Shown piece by piece: positions 57,603-64,000 of a stretch of DNA of 64,000 nucleotides. The notes beneath the pieces are model-generated. The model was not told the origin of the DNA. It saw nothing but the letters and a program-made list of their open reading frames with translations, and made no database searches. The stretch comes from Candidatus Deferrimicrobiaceae bacterium (GTDB lineage Bacteria > Desulfobacterota > Deferrimicrobia > Deferrimicrobiales > Deferrimicrobiaceae): NCBI GenBank assembly GCA_963792415.1, contig CAWBVY010000007.1:96001-160000 (forward strand). Direction: 5' to 3'. Each line of letters opens with the position of its first letter. Positions within the stretch are counted from its first letter, which is position 1. The translations under genes and the position numbers were made by a program.

Positions 57603-58357
57603 GCGGACGGTTCCGCCTCAAGGCACGGGAGTGGCTCGACGTCCCCGAGCGGAAGCGGGCCTACAACGAACTCCACTTCGCCGAGGCCGCGTCGCGGTAC
57701 GATTTCGCGACACGCATGATGTCGCTCGGGCGGGACGCGGCGTGGAAGGGGGCGTTTGTCGCAGCCCTGCCGGACTTCGCGTCCCCCGTTTGCGTGGACC
57801 TCGCGTGCGGCACCGGCGACGTGGCCTTCCTTCTCGCGGGACGCTACCCCGGCGGGGTTGTCACAGGGCTGGATCTCTCGCCACCCATGCTGGCGATCGC
57901 GCGGGAGCGCAACCGGTTCACAAACGTCCGGTTCGAGCGGGGCGACCTGTGCGACCTCCCGTTTCCCGACGGTTCCGCCGACGTCGTGACCGGAAGCTAC
58001 GCCCTTCGCAACGCGCCCGACCTTCGGAAAGCCATCGCGGAGGTCCACCGGGTGCTTTCTCCCGGCGGTGTTGCGGCGTTCCTTGACTTTTCCAATCCGG
58101 AAAGTCCCTCCCTGCGGTATCTGCAGTACCTTCTGTTGCGGAGCTGGTGCGGTCTTTGGGGATTCCTCCTTCACGGGACGCCGGAGATCCACGGGTATGT
58201 CGCGGAGAGTCTTCGCCTTTTCCCGGCCCGGAATCGATTGCGGGAAATCTTCCGGGAGCAAGGTTTCGGGATGTGGGCCGACCGGCGCTTTTTCCTCGGG
58301 ATCACGCGGTTGCTGATCCTGCGGAAATGGGAGCCTACCGCGCCGGCGGGGGTATAA
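57599..58357 (+). CDS. UbiE/MenG-family SAM methyltransferase
   Basis: YD...MSLGRD..WK, VDLACGTGD, YALRN, EVHRVLSPGG, LDFS, YVAES; ATGA overlap with the PKS gene. Confidence 0.85.
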   Translation: MSGRFRLKAREWLDVPERKRAYNELHFAEAASRYDFATRMMSLGRDAAWKGAFVAALPDFASPVCVDLACGTGDVAFLLAGRYPGGVVTGLDLSPPMLAIARERNRFTNVRFERGDLCDLPFPDGSADVVTGSYALRNAPDLRKAIAEVHRVLSPGGVAAFLDFSNPESPSLRYLQYLLLRSWCGLWGFLLHGTPEIHGYVAESLRLFPARNRLREIFREQGFGMWADRRFFLGITRLLILRKWEPTAPAGV

Positions 58358-58423
58358 TATGTACGTGGGAGTGGGGTTCGGTCGGCAACGGAACGCCTCT
58401 GCGGGTGCGAAGGAGGTGGGAGT

Positions 58424-58612
58424 ATGGAGATCACCTTGACCGGCGCCGAGACGGTCGTCCTGCGGGAGACCTTGGAGAAGGCGCTCCCCGAGATGCTGTT
58501 GGAGATCGCCCACACGGACAACCGGAAGATGCGCGAAGGCCTGAAGGAGCGCGAGGGGAATCTGAGAAGGATCCTCGCGAAGCTTCCTGCCGGGGAACGC
58601 GTGGCGGTATGA
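58424..58612 (+). CDS. Small hypothetical protein
   Basis: AAGGAGG RBS; helical 62-aa ORF (MEITLTGAE...EIAHTD). Confidence 0.6.
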   Translation: MEITLTGAETVVLRETLEKALPEMLLEIAHTDNRKMREGLKEREGNLRRILAKLPAGERVAV

Positions 58613-58813
58613 GCGCCCCCCCGTCGTAACGGGGAGGGATTGACCGGGAAAGACCGGACCGGTCCGGGCGGTCCTGCAGGACCTCCGGAGCGGAAGGCAG
58701 GATATGTTCATTTTCAGGCCCTTCGCCGGAATCGATGTGAAGTTTCACCCCCCTTCCTGCCAAGACACATTGATGAGCCGCAAAGGTATAATGCGCTGCA
58801 GGCGGGAGGAGCG

Positions 58814-59548
58814 ATGACATCGAGGCGCGCCGATGGGCGCAAGGCTCTGGACATCCGGAAGATCGACGTTTCCCTCGGGGTGCAGAAGCATGCCGAGGGG
58901 TCCGTCCTGTTCGCGATGGGCGACACGCGCGTCGTTTGCGCCGCGACGATCGAGGAGCGGGTCCCGCCGTTTCTTCGCGGCGCGGGGAGAGGATGGGTTA
59001 CCGCGGAGTACTCGATGCTTCCCCGCGCGACGAACACCCGTGTCGCGCGGGAGGGACGGACGGGGAAAGTCGGGGGTCGCACGCACGAGATCCAGCGGCT
59101 GGTGGGGCGGTCCCTCCGGGCGGTGGTCGACTTCGAGGCACTTGGCGAGCGCACGGTAACGATCGACTGCGACGTGCTGCAGGCGGACGGCGGGACGCGG
59201 ACTGCCTCCATCAACGGTGCGTGGGTCGCCCTGTGGCACGCGTGCCGGAGCCTGATCGCGAAGGGCGCGATTTCCCGCAACCCCGTGCTCGACCACGTGG
59301 TGGGAGTCAGCGTGGGGATCGTCGGGGGGCGGGTCCTGGCGGACCTCGACTACGCCGAGGACTCGGCGGCGGATGTCGACATGAACGTGGTGATGACCGG
59401 CGACGGCCGGCTGATCGAGGTCCAGGGGACGGCGGAACGGGAGCCGTTCACCCGGGAGCAACTTGACGCGATGCTCTCTGCCGCCGCCGCCGCGGGGAGG
59501 AAGATCCTGAAGGAGCAGCGGCGCTTCGCGGAAAGAGGGACGAGATGA
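58814..59548 (+). CDS. rph: Ribonuclease PH
   Basis: [57 protein letters not shown]. Confidence 0.96.
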   Translation: MTSRRADGRKALDIRKIDVSLGVQKHAEGSVLFAMGDTRVVCAATIEERVPPFLRGAGRGWVTAEYSMLPRATNTRVAREGRTGKVGGRTHEIQRLVGRSLRAVVDFEALGERTVTIDCDVLQADGGTRTASINGAWVALWHACRSLIAKGAISRNPVLDHVVGVSVGIVGGRVLADLDYAEDSAADVDMNVVMTGDGRLIEVQGTAEREPFTREQLDAMLSAAAAAGRKILKEQRRFAERGTR

Positions 59549-60153
59549 GGCTCCTGATCGCATCGAAGAACCGTGGGAAGGTCCTCGAGATCCGGGCGCT
59601 CCTCGGGCTCGCGCTGCAGAAGGTCGTCGAGGTCATCACGCTGGCGGAACTGCCGGATGTCGACCAGCCGCGGGAAAGCGGGCGGACGTTCGCCGAAAAC
59701 GCGCGGATCAAGGCGATTCACTACGCAAAAACGCACAAGATCCTGTGCATCGCCGACGACTCGGGGCTCGCGGTGGACGCGCTGGGGGGGCTCCCCGGGG
59801 TGCGCTCCGCGCGGTTCGCCGGGGAAGGGGCCTCCGACGCGGCGAATAACGCGCATCTGCTCCACGAACTCGCGCCGTTCGCTCGCCCGTGGAAGGCGGG
59901 GTTCGTCTGCGTGGCGGCGGCGGCGCTTCCGCATCGGGTGGTCGCGGAGGCGATGGGAAAAATTGAGGGGGAGATTCTTCCCCAGGGGCGCGGCCGCGAC
60001 GGCTTCGGGTACGACCCGCTCTTCTTCGTCCCCTCCCTCGGGAAGACGATGGCGGAGCTTTCGACGACGGAGAAGAACCAGGTCAGCCACCGGGGCCACG
60101 CACTTCGTGCGCTGATTGCCGAGATGAAAATCGCCGGGCTGCTGCTTTCGTAG
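59545..60153 (+). CDS. rdgB: Non-canonical purine NTP pyrophosphatase (RdgB/HAM1)
   Basis: [41 protein letters not shown]. Confidence 0.93.
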   Translation: MRLLIASKNRGKVLEIRALLGLALQKVVEVITLAELPDVDQPRESGRTFAENARIKAIHYAKTHKILCIADDSGLAVDALGGLPGVRSARFAGEGASDAANNAHLLHELAPFARPWKAGFVCVAAAALPHRVVAEAMGKIEGEILPQGRGRDGFGYDPLFFVPSLGKTMAELSTTEKNQVSHRGHALRALIAEMKIAGLLLS

Positions 60154-60189
60154 CGGCCGGGTTATACTTCAATCCACTGTTTTTTCCGT

Positions 60190-60266
60190 CGGGACGTGGC
60201 GCAGCCTGGTAGCGCATCTGCTTTGGGAGCAGAGGGTCGCTGGTTCGAATCCAGTCGTCCCGACCA
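60190..60266 (+). tRNA. tRNA-Pro (anticodon TGG)
   Basis: 77-nt cloverleaf CGGGACG...CGTCCCG-ACCA; anticodon arm TCTGC-TTTGGGA-GCAGA; T-loop GTTCGAATC. Confidence 0.97.
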
Positions 60267-60640
60267 TCTTTTTCGACTACTTGCGGGTTTTAGTGCCCGT
60301 ACATTTTCCGGTTTTGCGACCAATTTGTGACCGACTTCGCCGTTCCCCGTCCAATTCGGAAGGGTATTGACCGCGTTCCTTAAGAACCCCGGGCTTAAGG
60401 GAGCGTATCGTTCGGTCATCTCGATGGAGCGACGGCCGAGAACCTCCCTCTCCTTACGGGGTCGGGAGACGTACCTCCGGCCCTTCCCGTTTCCTCAGTC
60501 GTGAGCGATTGTCAAAGAGCGTGGATCATCCTGTCAACGTAGTTTGAGCCGAAAACGGAGCGGTGCCGCTCCCTGCCTATATTATTGACTTGTAGGTCGA
60601 TGCGGCCTACGTTCAAACATCTCTAGTTGAAGGGCAACCG

Positions 60641-61483
60641 ATGTACGCTGCTATCCCGATCGTCGTTGTCATCGTTGTTGTATTGGCATATCTGTATGGC
60701 CGAAAGACATCCCCCAAAACAACGCAGGCACGAACTGAAACCTCAAACATGATCGTCTCGTATAGTGAAAGTCCGTCATCCTCCGACGAACCGCCGGAAG
60801 AATCGCGCAACCAGGATGCGTGGGAGGGTTGGTTCTCAGACGCGACCAACCCCTTAACCGTTGAAATTACTCTCCGCTTGAAATACACGGATGGAAATCA
60901 GAAACAGACCGAACGAGTTGTCGATGTGGAGCAATATGATGAAAATCTTTATGGCGGAATAATTCTCGGTCATTGCTGGCTTCTTCAAGGAACAAGGACA
61001 TTCAGGGTAGACAGGATAAACAGTTGCGTCGTTCAGAGTACCGGGGAAGTCGTGGCAGACGTGCGGGCGTTTCTCCGGGAGATTTACGATAAAAGTGTCC
61101 ATTCGACAATTGACAGGTTGCGCGATGAAGAGCGCGACCTTCTGACAGTTTTTCTGTTCATCGGAAAAGCCGATGACAGGTTGATAAAAAAAGAGGTCGA
61201 TATCGTCGCTGAGATGTGCCGCGAACTAACAGGGGATCAAAGAGTCACCTGGGAAATCGCCTTGAAGATGCTGAATCGATTCGAAATACCAAGCCTCGCT
61301 GCGTACAGAATGGCGGTAGGCACGTTGGTATCGCTTCCCGAGGAAAGACGATTGGCGATCATTCGGAGAGCGGAGTCCATCGTTGGAACGCAGAAAACCA
61401 TTAGTCGTGCCGAGCAGGATGCCATTGCATACCTGAAGAAGACATTAACAACGGGACAAGAGGAAGTCCCCGCCTCCTCATAA
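60641..61483 (+). CDS. Membrane-anchored WYL-like plus TerB-like domain protein
   Basis: N-terminal TM helix; LKYTDGNQKQTERVV...GHCWL...RTFRVDRI (WYL-like); LFIGKADDRL.KKE.DIV...IVGTQKTIS.AEQ.AI (TerB-like). Confidence 0.65.
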   Translation: MYAAIPIVVVIVVVLAYLYGRKTSPKTTQARTETSNMIVSYSESPSSSDEPPEESRNQDAWEGWFSDATNPLTVEITLRLKYTDGNQKQTERVVDVEQYDENLYGGIILGHCWLLQGTRTFRVDRINSCVVQSTGEVVADVRAFLREIYDKSVHSTIDRLRDEERDLLTVFLFIGKADDRLIKKEVDIVAEMCRELTGDQRVTWEIALKMLNRFEIPSLAAYRMAVGTLVSLPEERRLAIIRRAESIVGTQKTISRAEQDAIAYLKKTLTTGQEEVPASS

Positions 61484-62578
61484 GTCCCGATCTCCCTCTT
61501 CCCCATGCACGGGTATGGGGAGGAATCCCGCCGCCTTCAAACCCGCTTCATGCGCCCGGCGTATCTTCAAGCAGTCCATCGGACGGCCCGCTTTCCAGGG
61601 AACGTTGTCCCGGATCGCAGACTTGGATCTACCAGTCTTTCCGGTCCGAGGGCCGTAACACCTTGACACCCATCCCTCAGCCCTCCTTTCCCGTATCAAC
61701 CCCTTCCTTCCAATCCCCGCACCAATCGTTTCTTTCGACTCTTGCGAAAAGGAACTCTACATAAGGGAGCGACGTCTTTGTCGCCGGGCAGGTCTCGCAA
61801 CGCGTCGGGAGGGTTCGCCTGATGCTGGAAGTCCGGGGGAAGGGATCGTGTGAATATCCCCTGAAGATTCCGACCGGAAATGTCGAAGGACTCCTGGAGA
61901 CGCAGAAACTGACCGGAACGGGGAGGACGCGGTGGACAGGAAAGAGTACGAAGCACTTCTCGTCGCAATCGAACATGCGATCGAAGTCTCGGTATCGGGG
62001 GCGGCGGAGGATTCCCGGGGATGCCGCCGGGGTATTCATTTTCAAAAGCCCGGCCGGCTCGGAAAAACGGACCGGGAACGTGATCGCCTTTACAACGACA
62101 CCGATGTCGACGGCAGCGACTCCTGCATCGACGCATCCGCCAGGGTGGGTATCGGGATGGCTGGAGGGGACTGAAGCCGGAAGATAACTGAGCCTGCCCT
62201 TCGCAGTTCGTCCCCTGGGCAGTCCCGGCGGAAGAGCCCCGCCCGTGAGCGAGGGGTTTTCCGCTTCCTGAAGTCCGTAGATGTACCTCCCGAGCAGTTC
62301 GCGCCGCCTCATGTCCCCTCACCCCCCATCCCGGATTTGCTTCCCTTCGCAGAGAGTGGATCAAACGAAAAGGGAGCACCGCCTCGGCACCCGCTGTTCG
62401 CACCGGGCTCGCATCATTTACGGCCGCATTCCGAATAGATCGCTCCAAAGGAATTCCGGGGAGCAGAACGCAATTTCTCGGCAAATATTTCCCCAAAGAG
62501 AGGATTGCATCTCACCGGTAGCATTTCCTGAAAGATGAAATGCTTGTTTTATTCAGCAATTAAGACCCGACGATTCAC

Positions 62579-62594
62579 TGGCGTGAATATTGCT
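62579..62594 (+). promoter_or_regulatory. Candidate sigma54 promoter
   Basis: TGGCGTGAATATTGCT; GG (62580) and GC (62592). Confidence 0.5.
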
Positions 62595-62653
62595 CTTAAG
62601 TCACTCGAGATTTTTTCGAAGGAAAGCGTTGATCCTGAACGGGAAGGAGGAGA

Positions 62654-62878
62654 GTGGACAAAGCCCGCGGCAGTGAAAGGAGGAGGGCCATGAAAAAGCT
62701 TTGGAGTCCTTTAGGGAAATTGATGGATTTCTTTGATATCATGGTTCTTGTGTTACTATTTACGGCTCTTGCTTTTTCTGTTGGATATCAAGTTGGTTTT
62801 ACTGCTGGATTAGACACAAAAGTTACCTTGGTTGGGGAGAAGTACACAATGTTATTAAAGGGTAATAGTAAGAGATGA
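62654..62878 (+). CDS. Small AT-rich membrane protein (hypothetical)
   Basis: Strong RBSs before GTG 62654 and ATG 62690; one TM helix. Confidence 0.4.
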   Translation: MDKARGSERRRAMKKLWSPLGKLMDFFDIMVLVLLFTALAFSVGYQVGFTAGLDTKVTLVGEKYTMLLKGNSKR

Positions 62879-62914
62879 TGTGTAATTATTACATTAATTA
62901 ATGAGGTTTTAGGT

Positions 62915-63154
62915 ATGAAGACCTATACGGTGTACCGTTTCGATTACGCCCGGCAGGAGAGGGAGCCGGTAGGGAAGCTGCTGGAACGCCGGATCAAGGA
63001 CCGCGGGAATAACACCGAGGCTCTCTTACGGCTGGCTCGAAAATTATACTCGACTTCGTCGTTGGATTCGCACATCGTCATCACCCCGGATCCTTTCATT
63101 TCACCGGTCTTCCCGTCTTCGGTTCCCCGTGGCGCGGGCGAAACGGCGGACTAG
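62915..63154 (+). CDS. Small hypothetical protein
   Basis: GAGG RBS; MKTYTVYRFDY...PVGKLLERR..DRGNN. Confidence 0.55.
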   Translation: MKTYTVYRFDYARQEREPVGKLLERRIKDRGNNTEALLRLARKLYSTSSLDSHIVITPDPFISPVFPSSVPRGAGETAD

Positions 63155-63693
63155 CCCCGCGGGATCGATCCATCCTCCATGCCGGATGTGAATAGGTAAA
63201 GAACCGATGCGATGAACCCCGCGATCGCCTCGGGGTCGTTCAGGTCGAGAACGGGGACGTCCAGATCGAGCGGTTCGTCGCTGGCCACCGCCACCAGGTC
63301 GGGATCGGTCCGTTCGCCGCGGCAGATGAGCGCGCGGCGGAATTCCCTCCGGTGGACCTCGATCTTCGGGAGGGAGCTCCCCCGGAACCCTTCGACGAGG
63401 ACAAGATCCATATCGCTGAAATAGCGCTCGAGCAGTTCCCCGATCGGGGGCGAGACCGCGTGCTGCTTCACCATCGCCAGCTTCGAAGCCGAGGTGATCA
63501 TCATCGTGTCGGCGCCGGCCGCGGTGAGCCGGTGGCTGTCCTTCCCCGGGTGATCGATGTCGAACCGGTGCGCGTCGTGCTTGACCACCCCCACCCGCAA
63601 TCCTTTCCGCTTCATCGCGGGGATGAGCCGCTCCAGCAGGGTCGTCTTCCCTGCCCCGGAGTTCCCGACGATGGCGATGGCGCGTGGTTTCAT
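63151..63693 (-). CDS. mobB: Molybdopterin-guanine dinucleotide biosynthesis protein B
   Basis: GNSGAGKTTL, VKHDAHRFDIDHPGKDS, DLVLVEGF, PKIEV. Confidence 0.92.
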   Translation of the reverse strand: MKPRAIAIVGNSGAGKTTLLERLIPAMKRKGLRVGVVKHDAHRFDIDHPGKDSHRLTAAGADTMMITSASKLAMVKQHAVSPPIGELLERYFSDMDLVLVEGFRGSSLPKIEVHRREFRRALICRGERTDPDLVAVASDEPLDLDVPVLDLNDPEAIAGFIASVLYLFTSGMEDGSIPRG

Positions 63694-63871
63694 CAAGGAG
63701 AAATCCCCCGTTGGAATAAGGTATCACACCCGTTCTTCCCGAAGGGGAAGGGGCAATTCCTGAAATCCGGCTCCTTCGCCGTCAGTATAAATGAATTGAC
63801 ATTTATCGATTTACTGGTACGCTTATGACCATGAGCAACTCTCCCGGTTGGGGTGAAACAAGGAGCGAAGG

Positions 63872-64000
63872 ATGAAGACGCTGCAGATTCTCGGGACGGG
63901 ATGCCCGAATTGCACGAAACTGATGGAGAACACGGAGGCGGCGGCGACACGACTCGGAATCCCGCACCGGATCGAAAAGGTCACCGAGATCGGGAAGATC
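63872..64000 (+). CDS. Small thioredoxin-like redox-active disulfide protein (MTH895-like), 3' truncated
   Basis: MKTLQILGTGCPNC...IEKVTEI; AAGGAG RBS. Confidence 0.8.
   Translation, partial: MKTLQILGTGCPNCTKLMENTEAAATRLGIPHRIEKVTEIGKI

Larger units (their letters stand above)
60267..62900. mobile_element. Degenerate genomic islet or prophage remnant at tRNA-Pro
   Basis: Visible drop in GC and change in codon style after the tRNA; orphan short ORFs; boxA-like site; no integrase and no tRNA 3' repeat seen; right boundary uncertain. Confidence 0.4.

Noticed and set aside
61478-62312. Short overlapping ORFs (61478-61699 -, 61677-62312 -, 61932-62174 +) as genes
   Set aside because: Mutually overlapping with no identifiable family; probably fragments, so not listed as CDS.
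60267-64000. attR duplicate of the tRNA-Pro 3' end, or an integrase gene
   Set aside because: No copy of the tRNA 3' end and no recombinase motif found by eye, so an intact mobile element is not claimed.

Overview
High-GC, gene-dense bacterial DNA from an anaerobe or facultative anaerobe with delta-proteobacterial gene content (possibly Deferrimicrobiaceae/MBNT15-like; this is inference only). Blocks in order: (1) 2.9-12.6 kb, a FadR/GntR-regulated cluster with a CDC48-type AAA ATPase, a four-subunit oxalate oxidoreductase (YPIRP and DPPGDFG signatures) and a tripartite tricarboxylate transporter, then an epimerase, TerC and ppdK. (2) 17.5-29.3 kb, housekeeping and stress genes: ECF sigma/anti-sigma, rubrerythrin, Zn/Mn ABC transporter, cell-wall enzymes and a nitroreductase-thioesterase fusion. 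(3) 29.3-36.7 kb, an ArsR-controlled TusA-MvhD-HdrA(+GltD insert)-HdrA-QmoC-like-DsrE operon with no aprAB, hdrB or hydrogenase. (4) 36.9-43.1 kb, a sigma54 two-component system upstream of a secreted low-complexity protein, an OB-fold protein, an outer-membrane beta-barrel and an octaheme cytochrome c of the tetrathionate-reductase type. The ORF track splits this cytochrome at an in-frame TGA (41984-41986) that falls where the family has a Cys and is followed by a SECIS-like hairpin, so it is probably a selenocysteine-containing octaheme cytochrome. This is the most notable signal in the window. (5) 43-60 kb, a PAS sigma54 regulator and NifX-like unit, an HDAC-family enzyme, hcp with an HcpR-type box, a 2-hydroxyacyl-CoA dehydratase pair, type III PKS plus methyltransferase, and rph-rdgB-tRNA-Pro. 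(6) A short lower-GC islet after tRNA-Pro with a membrane-anchored WYL/TerB-like gene, then mobB. All family calls come from motif recognition by eye; no database searches were run.
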